From contig OX337235.1 of NCBI GenBank assembly GCA_946965045.2, positions 3,410,001 through 3,474,000 of the forward strand: a stretch of 64,000 nucleotides of DNA, in the 5' to 3' direction. The stretch's first letter is position 1. Every line of letters starts with the position of its first letter. The notes under the pieces are model-generated. The model ran no database searches. It was given only the letters and a program-made list of their open reading frames with translations, and was not told the origin of the DNA. The stretch comes from Epithemia pelagica. Lineage: Eukaryota; Protista; Bacillariophyta. The position numbers and the translations under genes are program-made. This document shows, one piece after another, positions 24,881 to 37,350 of the stretch.

Positions 24881-26020
24881 ATGGGTGCGAGTGGTAATGG
24901 TGGAGACAGCGGCGACGGCAGCGCGGGCACCGCAAGAGATTTGATTCCCTTTTTAAATCGAATGCAAGGTCAAATGAACAGCATGCAAGGTCAAATGAAC
25001 AGCATGCAAGGTCAATTGAACAGCATGCAAGATCAAATGCAAGGTCAATTGAACGGCATACAAGGTCAATTGAACGGCATTTCGCAGACCTTGAATCCAT
25101 TCGCCAATCCGGCTTTGCAAAACACACGTTTGGTCACTCCCGACGACCTCAATGGACAGCTATTGACGAACGATAAAAACGGAGTGTACACATGGATGAA
25201 CTTCCCTTCCAATCCGTCTCCAGTCGCCATTGGGTCTGCACATACTTCTCTACGCTACCACACGCTCTCGGTCTTGCCGCCCCCGCAACCGGGGCGTTTT
25301 GAAATCTTTGTGGCACTTCCACAGGCAGTCCTGGAGTCGGGAGTAAAGTCGGTCCGCTTTGTGGACACCGAGCAATTCCAAAATCCCCTGCCGACATGTC
25401 TTGATGTCTGCGTTGTGGACCTCGGAGAAACGCCGAAGAACAAAGACGGTGTGGCGTCCTTCACAACGGTTCCTGGAGGAACAAAATCTTTCACAAATTC
25501 GAATGTCGTTGGAAAATCAATTGGGAGTTTTGTGGCTAGTTTTGGCGGCGCAGTTGTCGTTCAAAAGCACACCACAACTGGATTAGGCAAAGTTGAATTT
25601 CTCTTGCAAGCCGGTGAACCTGGAGACAGTGGAACACTTCTCCACGTCAAGGACCACAACGGCTGTTTCCATCCGATTGCAATCTTTTCGGGAGTATCTC
25701 GACCGTCGGCGTCCCATCAGCAGCGAGGGCAAGGTTGCCTTATTCCTGAAGAGGACAAGTTTCAAAGCTGCCTTTGCGTGATGGATCCCACCGCCGTCCA
25801 ATACGTCTTTCTGGCCAGTCAGGGCGGAGCAGCAAAATTCCGCGTCGAAGGCAAACCAAAGAATGCCGTGGTGCTGAAACAGGAAAATGGATTGGCCGAG
25901 TTGCACGGAGTTTTTGTGACTTCGCCAACCCCTATTACTTACATGGGTGATCTCGATATTGCTCGCATGAGTAATCTTGGAATGTCGGGCCGGATGGACG
26001 GAAACCCTTTTATGACATGA
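24881..26020 (+). CDS. Trypsin-like serine peptidase with N-terminal heptad coiled coil
   Basis: Putative triad motifs in order: IGSAH, LDVCVVDL and PGDSGTLL. Intronless, with no signal peptide. Confidence 0.7.
   Translation: MGASGNGGDSGDGSAGTARDLIPFLNRMQGQMNSMQGQMNSMQGQLNSMQDQMQGQLNGIQGQLNGISQTLNPFANPALQNTRLVTPDDLNGQLLTNDKNGVYTWMNFPSNPSPVAIGSAHTSLRYHTLSVLPPPQPGRFEIFVALPQAVLESGVKSVRFVDTEQFQNPLPTCLDVCVVDLGETPKNKDGVASFTTVPGGTKSFTNSNVVGKSIGSFVASFGGAVVVQKHTTTGLGKVEFLLQAGEPGDSGTLLHVKDHNGCFHPIAIFSGVSRPSASHQQRGQGCLIPEEDKFQSCLCVMDPTAVQYVFLASQGGAAKFRVEGKPKNAVVLKQENGLAELHGVFVTSPTPITYMGDLDIARMSNLGMSGRMDGNPFMT
24962..25080 (+). repeat. 21-bp coding tandem repeat (ATGCAAGGTCAAATGAACAGC; MQGQMNS)
   Basis: About 5.5 units, near-perfect at the 5' end and degenerating 3'. 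Confidence 0.9.
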
Positions 26021-27262
26021 GACATTCCTAAAAAAGCGGGGGCCCTCCAGAACAAGAAAAATCATAAGGTAGTCAACAACAATAGAGTAGAGTATGAAGC
26101 TACAATATAAGGCGCATGTGTAGAACCGTGAGAAACAATCAGACGATGTATAGATTTAAGGTTCGGCTGTCTCCAATGTCAGTCACTTGTTCAAAATCAT
26201 TGACGCGCTCCGTATAGATGTCTCTTATTTCTTCTGGAACAGATAAAACATGGGCTCAAAACCAGCCGAAAGGAACGCTTGCCACGAGACCCAATCTGTT
26301 CACTCTCTTGGGACGCCAGCCTGTGTATAGATAAGGTCGTCAATGCTCTTCGAAAGGATCGAGCAGCGCAGAACGAACTTGGTCGGCTCGAGAAAGGAAA
26401 CAACGTCTCGGGTTACGGCTCCCCAAGAGGTGAACTTATTATCGTTCGTTTCAATGCGTCGTTCAGAAAGGGCGGAATGGGTCGGGCTGCCGTTCCCCTA
26501 CCGTTCGGACTTGGTCAGACGAATGAGAGCCAAGGCCGTGGTACCATGGTTGGACAGGTTCAGGCTACGGTTGACTCCAAATCGGGTAAGTCATTGATTG
26601 CAGTGTGTTCAGAGATCTCGGATACGGCCGTGCATTCAACCTCAAAGTATAGACTGCTTTCCGTTGTTCAAGCTCAATCAGTTTTTCGATTCATCTCGTT
26701 GCTTTCTAGATACGGACTATTAAACGGAGTATGGGCCTCTCTACCTACTTGACATGCTTGTCCACTCTGAGGACGACCTGCTTCTTGTATGTTCCCGTAT
26801 CTTGACACGCTTGCCATCTGACAACTTTGGTATGTGTTGGAGCCTTGTTTTCTTTCCACTCCCTATCGAGGGCAGCCTTCGTCTGTTCAATTTTCGACTT
26901 GCGGCCATCAAACTTTTCGAGGGCTCTTGAAACTCTCGCTCCGTCCGTTCGTGTTAACGGCTCGTTCTTCGCCCACTCGGTTGAGAACTTTTTCCCGATG
27001 CTGCCTTTCCTTATCTCGTCTATCTTCCTGGACAAAAATATGGCTCAGCCTCTCTTCAGCTACACGAGGAGGAACCACGGGGCTATCTTCCAATGGCTCG
27101 CTCGTCAAGCTCGGTCGCTCAGGTGTCGAATACGAGTAGACCTTGGTGGAACTCGAGGTTCGTGGGGGACCGTCGTCTTGGAGCATGCAAATCATTCCAG
27201 GGACGACCAGCCCTCTTTGTGTGTGGAGAACTAGCCCCAAACCCTGTTTGGTGTTGGTTGTG

Positions 27263-29212
27263 TTAGGATGATACTGTCGTTGTTGTCGATGGATTGGTAG
27301 CAGAAGTAGTAGTAATAGTAGCACTCGTGTTGGTCACCAAGTATTGTTTCCAGGGATCGATCCAAGGACCGAGACCCAATCGTTCGTGTACGTATTCGTA
27401 CAGCATCAAATCATACTCATTTTCTTGGTAGAGCAATTGTAACAATTCTGGACTTGGATGATACGAAATGGGTTGTCGTCGCTGCTGTCGTTGTCGTTCT
27501 TGGAGTCGGGTTTGGAGTGCCCCTGGCAATGGATTGGTTCTCGTCGTCGGATGGAGTCGTGTTGCCATTGTCCGTGGTGGAGCATGAGTCATAGTAGTCG
27601 TAGTCGTAGTAGTACCATGAATTTGGGAGGACCGCGCTTTTTCGTGCAACGCTTGTTTTCGCACAAGCGCTTGATGGTATTCGGGAAGTTGGTCTTGCAA
27701 CAGTTGAAGGACGAGGGGATGCTGTTGTTGTTCCGTGGGCACAAAGACTTGGAATTGATTCACAATGTCTCGAGCCCGGTTCCAATCCTGTTGTGTAATG
27801 GGACGAGGATCCAAGAATCGTTCCAATCCCAACAATTGACGAATCACCATATTGTTGATGCAGGGGTACAGTCGCGAGACCCAAATGTCGTGATTCGAAT
27901 GGCTATTCTGCGGATGGGCCTTGAACGGGGCCTTGCTCGAACCATGTTGAAACAGGGCTCGAGACCATGCTTGTGGCTGTCGTTCGTGGGGATTATGATG
28001 AGAGTCTCCTCCGGAACTGTGTTCTTCCAGTGGTTCTCCCAACGACGAATGGTTCTGGTGCTGTTGCGGATTGGAGGTGGCGACAGGAGGGCCTCCTTGT
28101 CGATGTCCATGTGCTTCTCGTCGTGATGCACTGAGAGCCGCAAACATGTCGAGGACAAGTTCGGGACTCCACTCTTGCACTCGCATGTGCGATTGGACTC
28201 GGGCAATGGGATGTCGCATCAAGGCAAAGTTCCGCGCCTGTGGACAGGGCAAGGCGGTCGGTTGATTGAGGGGAACTTCGATGGCGACAAAATTGTTGCG
28301 TTGATGGGGTTCACCGGTGGAAGGATTGGTGGAGTAGGGTCCCACGACCATGTCACAGGTCAAGACGGCAGGGGCCGTGACGGACGACCAGGCACGAACA
28401 TCGGTGGCTGGACCGGCCCATTGCGCATTGCAATTGTGGGAGGCATCCACAATGGGCCGTCCCAAGGGATCGGTCAATTGCAGGGTGGTGGAATAGTCGA
28501 GCATGGTATGACAAGCGGCCGTTCCGCCCGATTTGTGAAAATGGACAAACAAAATGGGTTGCTTGGTCTGGTTCGTGGTTCGTTCGTGTTGTTGTTCTTG
28601 TTGGGGATAGGATCTGGAGGAGGGATCCGTCCAAGTAGAAGTGTTTTGGAACAAAGGCGACGACGACGACGACCTCTCTACGGTTTGACGACGACCACCA
28701 CCACCAAAAGGGAGATGAGCACGGTCCAAAAAGTGGGTCCGGAGAGCTGGTTGTCCTCGTCGTCGTTGTTGTTGTTGTACCACGTCCATCATCATCATGT
28801 CTTGGTGGTCGTTGGCAGTCATCTTCGTCACCTGGTACCCCAACCAGGTGGTCATGACACTCCAAGCCAAAAGGCCCACCCAAACGAACCAACGACGACT
28901 GTGTGAGGGGCAAACAAAATACATGGATATACAGCATACAAAGAAAAAAAGGCATGGTGTAGAATACGAATGGTGAGAGAGTGATCACAGCACGACGATG
29001 GGAATCCATCCTACGTCAAGAGCGCAACACCACAACAAGATTGAACCATCACGGCTACCACCAGAATCCAGTAATAAACGCGAGAGATGGCGTACATACC
29101 AGGAACCAACTACTGTGCTGTTGTTGTTGTTGTTGGGGGCACGTCGCTTCTTCGTTTCGTGGTGAACCATTGAGACAGAGGACGACGAAACAGGCTTCCT
29201 TTCCACCACCAT
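27263..29212 (-). CDS. Type II membrane (Golgi-like) sulfotransferase-family protein, ~582 aa
   Basis: Exons 29212-29100 and 28898-27263, with intron GTATGT..CAG of 201 bp. TM RRWFVWVGLLAWSVM, PAPS 5'-PSB motif FVHFHKSGGT and 3'-PB motif LMRHPIARVQS. Confidence 0.75.
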
Positions 29213-29468
29213 CCTTTTGCCTGTCAAAAACGTAGGAGCAATCTCGAATAGTATCGTCGTCGACCAGAAGAACAACCGGTCGACGGGTGATATATTATGA
29301 AACGAGGAGAGACTGAAACCCAAAGCACAAAATTGAAAAATGTGAGACGTTGGATGCCAATTTTTCTGGGACAAACCATTCCCCCAAGACTGATCTATGC
29401 AATGTCTATCGCTATAGCTCCCTAGCTTCTTCACTAGCTTCTTCACTATAATCCTCTAGTTACTCCTA

Positions 29469-29490
29469 CTCCTCTAGCTAGCTAGAGGAG
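29469..29490. other. Perfect 22-bp palindrome CTCCTCTAGCTAGCTAGAGGAG
   Basis: Self-reverse-complementary, in a CTA/TAG-rich intergenic stretch. Confidence 0.85.
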
Positions 29491-30328
29491 AAGTAGTACG
29501 TTCTTTCGCCTGTCATGACATCCTTCTTTCATGATACAACGTGTTCTGTGTCAGGCTTGAGCCTGTTTCACTGGAACACAAATTCACTCGCACGAAACAA
29601 AGCATGAATCATTCAAAGAAGGAAATGAGTTCCACTCGAATGTTTGTTCCAAACCATCCAGTGCTACGGTACTCTCTCGACCACACAGACTTCCTCGATG
29701 GTTCGTTCTTCTTGCACCGGTTTTGGAAGCGCACCTTGGTTCCATTCAAACGGTGCTGCATCTGTTGGCGCGATATAGAATGCGACTCTTGATTGGAAAC
29801 CTCTCATGTCATCTTGATGCTCTCTCTCCCTTTCGTTTTCGACCAGAATTTCTATCCATTCCAATCCGATGGTGCGTTTCGACAGAACTGATTCTTATTC
29901 TTATTCATTGGTTGCTTCTTCACTGGCATCTTTCATTGGCCAACCAGAGAGAGAAGAGACGCAAAGATTTGACAAGGAGCACAACCGCGTCGCAGTCGCA
30001 ACGAGATTGTCAAACAAGAGACAGGTTGTCATTGTCGCACGAAACATTGTGGGGATTGGAGCTTCCGTTTCCTGTCACGCGCACGCCGGATGATCTACAT
30101 GTACCGCCGGCCGTAAACGCCGGCAGACTATCGGAATATTTATCATAAAGAAAGTTGCACGTGGTAATATGAACACTATAACAAAGAGTGTACTGTAAAA
30201 TGAACAGAGCAAGACCTTTTGGTCTTGCCTTTCCGCTTCGCGCGTGGGGGGTTGCCGTTGCCGGTGGATGGACTCTCACAAGAAAAAACAGAGCCGAATG
30301 CTCTTGTACTCATTGTCGGCCTTTTCTT

Positions 30329-33300
30329 TTACGGAGTCAAGGTTTGTTCGTACATGACCTCGCCCGTAATGTCAATCAATTGAATGCTCAAGTTGCCCGT
30401 GACTCGGTCGATGGAGGCATGACCAAAGGATTGCAGATCCGTTCTCACAGGGGGAATGTTGCCGGGGAGACTGACTGTTCCGGGTCCCATTGCTGTAGTT
30501 CCAAACAAAAGACAGGAGAAACGTGAGTGACCAAAATACCCCACATAGATCGAACCATTTCTTGCTCCACATACCATACACATATTCCGGTCCAAAACTC
30601 GAGTCAATGGCATTCGGGCCAAAGGCTCCGGCATTGATGGGTCCAATCACAAATTCATCCAATGGCTTGTAGGCGGTAAAGCCTTCCGCTGCCCGCGACG
30701 GATCCATATTCACATGGGCAGTAAAGTGGACATCGGATGAAAGTGACACGACATTCGAAATGTCGTTCGTATGAATGAAGCCCAAAAGTTCTCTAATTTC
30801 CAATTCTCGTCCCAAAATGGCCGGGTCTTCTTGACCAAACGTATCACGATCCCCCGGACCACCGGTTACAATTCCAATAGGATCGTGAGAACTAATAATC
30901 TTCCATGTCGCATCAGAGTTCAACAGTCCATTCTTGAGCCAATCCAATTGTTCACGGCCCATCATGGCAATGCCAGCTCGCTCACTGTTGCCAGGATTGG
31001 GGTCACGGTAGGAACGGTAGTCGGGGAAAAAGATTTCCAAATGCTTTCCAAATCGTTGGCTTCGGTAAATGAGACTGTCTTCGACGATTGGATTGATTTC
31101 ATAAAAGGCTTGCAAGGAGTTGTCAAACAAACTGTTGGCCGCAGTACCAGGTTCGTACAACGGTCCTCCCAAAACTTCGGTTGGCCACCAGTTGTTGGTC
31201 ACTTCATGGTCATCCCACTGAACAAAAACGGGCGTCTTGGCCAAGAAACTTTGCATCTTGTCATCACCAAAGTTGTACTTCCAATTGTCACGGAATTCGT
31301 CCAATGTTACAGCAATAAAGTCCTTGGAGGGATTGTTGATCCAGGTGCCACCCCCAACTTGCTTCGGAATATCCTTGGTGGGCGGAATGGCGTTGTCGGC
31401 ATAGATCATGTCACCCTGAAATAGAGCAAACTGGGGTTCCAGGGCTTCCATGGTGGCAAATACAACGTATCCTCCCTCAATGACTTCTCCGTCCGGTGTC
31501 GTAACAGAAAGGTACGGGTTGCGCCCCCATCCCTGTCCCGCAAGGTCCGCGGCCCAGACAAAGTTCACGGCAGATTCTTCGTGAGCTCCTGCCAAGGTCT
31601 TAAATGATGCATCCATACTGGAGACAGCCGCCAAGTTTGGATTCAGCGGTGTGCACATGACCGTATAGTTGTACATGGTATAACTCATAAGATCTTGAAC
31701 TTCAAAGGTAACCGTGTAATCATCGGCTGAGAAGACTTGTTTCTCCATGATTTTGACGTTATCCAGATAAAGCTCCGCCAATGAATCCACTTCCATGTTG
31801 CAACGGGCCATGATATTAATGGAGGTTTCCGAAACTTCACCAGACTGAACGAAAACGTCGCTTGTGGTAATAGGAAGAGGATCCGGTACAGGTACGGGCA
31901 AAGTCTTGGTGTACATGACTGATCCGGTAATATCAATCAGCTTGATATCCAGCTCTCCTGTTTCGCTAACAGCTGCATAACCAAAAGATTGAAGATCACT
32001 CTTTGTCGGTGGGATGTTTCCTTCCAACCCCACAGAACCAGGACCCATGGCTTGAAAAAAAAAGAAAAATAACAAGTTGAGAACCTTCATTCAACAAGAA
32101 AGATAAAGCAGCATCACAAAACCGACTTACCATACACATATTCAGGTCCAAAACTTGTGTCAATCGCGTTCGGTCCAAAGGCACCAGAATTGATGGGTCC
32201 AATCACAAACTCATCAAGCGGAACAAAGTCCACAAAACCACCTGCTGCCCTCGATGGATCAATATTGACATGCGCTGTAAAATGAACATCAGAACTCAAG
32301 GATACGACCCCAAGAATGCCATTGTCATAAATAAAGGACAAAAGTTCTTTCACTTCCAATTCACGTCCCAGAATGGCCGGATCTTCTTGACCAAACGAAT
32401 CGCGATCACCAGCACCTCCCGTTACAATACCAATGGGATCATGCGAACTAATAATCTTCCATGTAGCATCAGAGGTTTTCAAGCCATCCTTGAGCCAATC
32501 CAATTGTTCACGGCCCATCATGGCAATACCTTCGGCCTTGCTATTGCCTGGATTGGGGTCACGGTAGGAACGATAATCGGGAAAAAAAATTTCCAAATGC
32601 TTTCCAAATCGTTGGCTTCGGTAAATGAGGCTATTTTCCATAATAGGATTGAATTCATAGAAGGCTTGGAGGGAATTGGCGAACAGGCTGTTGGCCGCAG
32701 TACCGGGTTCGTACAACGGCTCTCCCAAAACTTCGGTGGGCCACCAGTTGTTGGTCACTTCGTGATCATCCCACTGAACAACGACGAGCGTCTTGGCCAA
32801 GAAACTTTGCATCTTGTCATCACTAAAGTTGTACTTCCAATTGTCACGGAATTCATCCAACGTCTCGGCAATAAAGTCCTTGGGAGGATTGTTCGTCCAC
32901 GTACCGCCTCCAATGGAGGTAGGAATTGCCTTGGTGGGCGGAATGGCGTTGTCGGCATAAATCATGTCACCCTGAAAGAGGGTAAAGTCGGGCGCCAAAC
33001 CTTCCATGACTTCAAACACGACATATCCTCCTTCCACCTCCTCACCGCTTGGCGTCATGACGGAAAAGTCGGGATTGCGGCCCCATCCTTGACCGGCCAG
33101 GTCGGCCACCCATACAAAGCTCACAGCGGCTTCGTCGTGAGTTCCCACCAGTGTCGTAAAGGAAGCGTCCATACTCGCTACGGAGGTGGGTATCATGGGG
33201 TTGAGCGACATGCACGTCACCTTGTAGGTGTACATGGTGTCACTCATGAGGTCTTCGACGTGAAAGGTCACGGTATAGTCGTCGGCCGAGTACACTTGTT

Positions 33301-35141
33301 GTTCCATGATCAATGTACCGTCCACGAATAGGCATGCCAAGGAATCCACTTCCGAGTTGCAACGGGCCATGATATTAATGGAGGAATCGGAGACTTCCCC
33401 GGACTGTACAAAGACATCAATGGTGGGAATGGGAAGATACTCTGGAAGAGTAGGCTCCAAAGTCTTGGTGTACATGACATTACCGGCAATGTCAATCAGC
33501 TTGATATCGAGAACACCGTCCTCGGAAACAGCGGCATGACCAAAGGATTGCAGATCTGTTCTCACAGGCGGAATGTTGCCGGGGAGACTGACTGTTCCGG
33601 GTCCCATTGCTGAAGTTCCAAACAAAAGACGGGAGAAACGTGAGTGACCAACATCCACCATATAGATCGGACCATTTCTTGCTCCACATACCATACACAT
33701 ATTCCGGTCCAAAACTCGAGTCAAGAGCATTCGGGCCAAAGGCTCTGGCATTGATGGGTCCAATCACAAACTCATCCAATGGCTTGTAGTCGGTAAAGTT
33801 TCCCTCGGCTCGCGACGGATCCATGTTGACATGGGCAGTTAAATGGACATCAGAGCTCAAGGAGACCACATTCAAAATGTCCTCGTCGTGGATAAAGGCC
33901 AAGAGTTCTTGAATTTCGAGTTCTCTTCCCAAAATGGCCGGATCTTCTTGACCGAAAGAGTCGCGATCGCCTGGGCCACCCTTGACAATACCAATCGGAT
34001 CATGAGAACTGATAATCTTCCATGTAGCATCCGAATTCTTCAAGCCATCTTTGAGCCATTCAAGCTGTTCACGGCCCATCATAGCAATGCCTTCCGGATC
34101 ACTGTTGCCTGGATTGGGATCACGGTAGGAACGGTAGTCGGGAAAGAAAATTTCCAAGTGCTTTCCAAATCGTTGGCTTCGGTAAATGAGACTGTTTTCG
34201 AGAAGTGGGTTAAAGTCATAAAAGGCTTGGAGGGAGTTGGTAAACAGACTATTCGCGGCAGTTCCTGGGACATACAACGGTCCTTCGAGGACCTCACCGG
34301 GCCACCAATTGTTGGTTACTTCGTGATCATCCCATTGGACAAAGACGGGCGTCTTGGTAAGGAAGCTCTGCATCTTGTCATCACCAAAGTTGTACTTCCA
34401 ATTGTCACGGAATTCGTCCAATGTAACGGCAATAAAGTCCTTGGAGGGATTGTTGACTCAGGTTCCTCCTCCCACGTCGGTAGGAATATCCTTGGTTGCC
34501 GGAATGGCATTGTCGGCATAGATCATGTCGCCTTGAAAGAGGGCAAAGTCGGGTTCCAAATCTTCCATGACTTTAAAAACGACGTAACCACCTTGAATGA
34601 CGTCGCCACCGGGTGTAGTGACAGACAGGTCGGGGTTGCGACCCCATCCCTGTCCAGCCAAGTCGGCAGCCCAGACAAAGCTCACGGCTTTGGCGTCTTG
34701 AGGTGCAGGTGCCGTCTGAAAGGAAGCTTCGACACTGCTGTCCATGGGCATGGAGGTATCGAGGGGAAGGCAAAAGACGGTATACCGGTACAGTGTGTGA
34801 GGTTCCAAATCATCCACAACAAAGGTAAAGGTATAATCGTCGGCGGCAAAGACTTGCTTCACCCTCAAGATTCGGCCATTCACTCAGAGAGTCGCCGTCG
34901 CATCCACTTCGGCGTTGCAACGCGCCATGATATGAACGGACGAATCGGTGACTTCCCCCGATTGGACAAAGACTCGACTGGTCGTAGTGGGAAGTTCCTC
35001 CACCACATGACAATGATCGCGAGTGGGAGAGGACACTCGCGCCTGCACTTCGTGAGGAGCCAAGAGAAAGAGAATGGACGACCCAACGGCCCAGAGCGTT
35101 GTCCAAAGGTTACCTGGTGAACGGACCGGAAGCATGGTCAT
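30329..35141 (-). pseudogene. phoD: Triple-domain PhoD alkaline phosphatase gene (~1523 codons) with two in-frame TGA in module 1
   Basis: Signal peptide followed by three PhoD modules (GDMIYAD, QWDDHEV, PDYRSYRD, SSDVH) fused in one frame. Introns 33691-33610, 32130-32051 and 30574-30493 sit at homologous sites (EYVY|AMGP). TGA at 34884-34886 and 34458-34460. Confidence 0.8.
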
Positions 35142-36241
35142 GGTGGTTCGTTCGAGCAAACCAAGAGGTGAATATCAAGAGTTGGAATGAATGTGGTTCG
35201 ACTTGCAAAAAAGCTCGCTCCACCAGTTTGTGAGAACCAAACGCAAGAGATTCTTTGGCCTCCTCTTGGATCCGTTGGCGTAGTACAAGCGCTCTATAGA
35301 TATGGACATCTCTCTCTCTCTCTCTCATGATTTTGGGGAACGATCCAAAAGATATCTTTTGTTGGATACACTGGATACCTCGGTGGTGTCGGAGAGGAGA
35401 ACACGATGGAAGTATGTAGATGCACTTCCGAGAGAGAAGATTCCCTCATCTCTTCCTGTTGGATCACGGAGCAAACAGTTCCCAAGATTCATCGAGAAGA
35501 TTCAGTACTGAATCTCGGGGAGATGCAACCCCAACCCAACGGTTGCTTCTTTGGCCATTTCCAACTGCAACGCTCGTTGGACCAATGAGAACAATACGAG
35601 AGAACAAAGTGGACAGTGCAGTTGGACGTTGGATCTTTGTAGAATCCATATGACAAAAGGGCAAACGAACGAATGGGCGATGCAACACGGCCAAAAACGT
35701 ACCTGGATCTTTCAAGAATCCACCAGATTCCAGAAAGATCCATCGTCGATTTCTCTTGCATGTCGACGCACACACTCACCAGAATCTGAGCTCCTAGACG
35801 GTTTTCGCAGGCAGTATGTGAACGATCCAGAGTAGGAGCAGGTGTCACTGCAAAGAGATTCCTGGAAGATCTTTCGTGTCAAGAAATCAGATCTCGACAG
35901 AACCTTGTTGATCGTTGACGTTGTTGTACTTTTAAAATTTCTTTTCTTGGTGCACCTCGTTCCATAATATCATACCAAGATGCTTGGACTCATGTACTGT
36001 TTGGAGTTCCGAGAGCAGGTGGAAGTTCGGCTCGCCACCAATTCTCTTCCTGTTCCATAATCCGGACATGGCCTGATCCTGCAATCCATTCTCGATTAGA
36101 ATCTCTTGTCAACGATTCACTGGAAAAGTAATCTTGATGGGAGTTCCAACCAAGTCGCACTGTCAGTGTGCTGTCGATTGCCGATTGCTGATGCACCGCC
36201 ATGGTGGTGCTTTCTCCAAACCGTCCACCATGGATCTTTCA

Positions 36242-36403
36242 GGAATCTTTGGCTGGCATGCGATGCACGCACGCCAGGCCGGAATTTATGCGAACGAAAC
36301 GCGAGAAAAGGGTACTTCGAGTCGCTGTTACTGTGGACAATACACCCACGGATCACGAATACTACACCGTCTATGGGTAACTCCTTTGGCTGGAGGGATT
36401 TGG
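36242..36403 (+). repeat. Direct repeat copy A (partner 38092-38239)
   Basis: Shared blocks in the same order and orientation in both copies: GGAATCTTTGGCTG, ATGCGATGCACGCACGCC, GTCGCTGTTACTGTGGA, CCGTCTATGGGTAA, CCTTTGGCTGGAGGGATTTGG. Confidence 0.85.
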
Positions 36404-36727
36404 CAGGACTTGAAAGGTGTAAAACTACTTTTTGAATTCAATGCACATCATCTCCCGACATGGGTTTAGGCAGACACACATGGTTCATCCAACAGCTGAA
36501 TCAGGGTGCGCACGAACGCCAGATCTCGACGGGTGACTTAGGACCTTCAAGGAAGGTCTGTACCAAATCCGGTGGACATGGCACCCCGTGGCGTGCCGTC
36601 ACATTGGAGGTCGTCCCTCCCCACTGTCAACCGCCACAACATTTCAAGGGGAGGTCCATGAAGACTTCTTGGGAACGGATTACCGATGAAGCCTTCAAAT
36701 CTTGGCTTCTACAGGCCATGACGATTG

Positions 36728-37216
36728 ATGAGTACAAATGACAACGTTTTGTGTCCTCCCAGACATCGTCGCCAACTGTTGGGGTTCGAGGAGTTGAAGA
36801 AGCGGACCGGTGGCATGGTACTGTGTGAATTCATGTTGATTATGCAGGCATCGGCCATTATCTTGACGATGTGCGGCGTCGTCAAGGAGTTGTTGAATAT
36901 CGGCATTGGCATGGCCTTTGACGAACTCATAGCTCGGAGGACGATGATCTGGTTCAGGCCAATAATTGTCCGCTTGGCACAATTCGCCAATGAATCCGAC
37001 AATGCCCCCTTTTATGCTTCAAAATCTACATGCTACCATTCCGCGGCGCCGTCGATCTGCCTTTTCAAACTCGCCCAATTGTACCAGCAATTGAACTGGT
37101 TCTTGTCCGACCCAGTCATTAACGAACTGTACGGAGAACAAATCGTGCGCGACGAGAATGGCAACGTCGCGCATCATCAACACCCGCATCAGCTTGAGCA
37201 ACCAGGCCAATGGTAA
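36728..37216 (+). CDS. Hypothetical protein, possibly the 3' part of a frameshifted gene starting ~36460
   Basis: 162-aa ORF with coding-like C/G third positions, overlapped upstream by a short ORF in another frame. No family recognised. Confidence 0.35.
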   Translation: MSTNDNVLCPPRHRRQLLGFEELKKRTGGMVLCEFMLIMQASAIILTMCGVVKELLNIGIGMAFDELIARRTMIWFRPIIVRLAQFANESDNAPFYASKSTCYHSAAPSICLFKLAQLYQQLNWFLSDPVINELYGEQIVRDENGNVAHHQHPHQLEQPGQW

Positions 37217-37350
37217 CTACAATGACATGGGGGTGAGGTTATTACATTCACTCTACTGTAGTTTTGAGGGCAAGTCAGTCCTACTATAAAATTATCCGCA
37301 TACCGGACTTACCTCATACGCATAATGCATCTGAGAGCATCTTTGCAGTA

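Noticed and set aside
26100-27200. Possible decayed coding or transposon remnant (Lys/Arg-rich 96-aa frame at 26745-27035)
   Set aside because: Many stops and no transposase or RT motifs identified.
29613-30047. Possible decayed ORF on the minus strand (145 codons, 3 stops)
   Set aside because: No recognisable family, and stop depletion is too weak to distinguish from chance.
34458-34886. Genome-wide UGA=Trp recoding
   Set aside because: TGA terminates intact genes in this window (for example at 4733), and other conserved Trp codons in the same gene are TGG.
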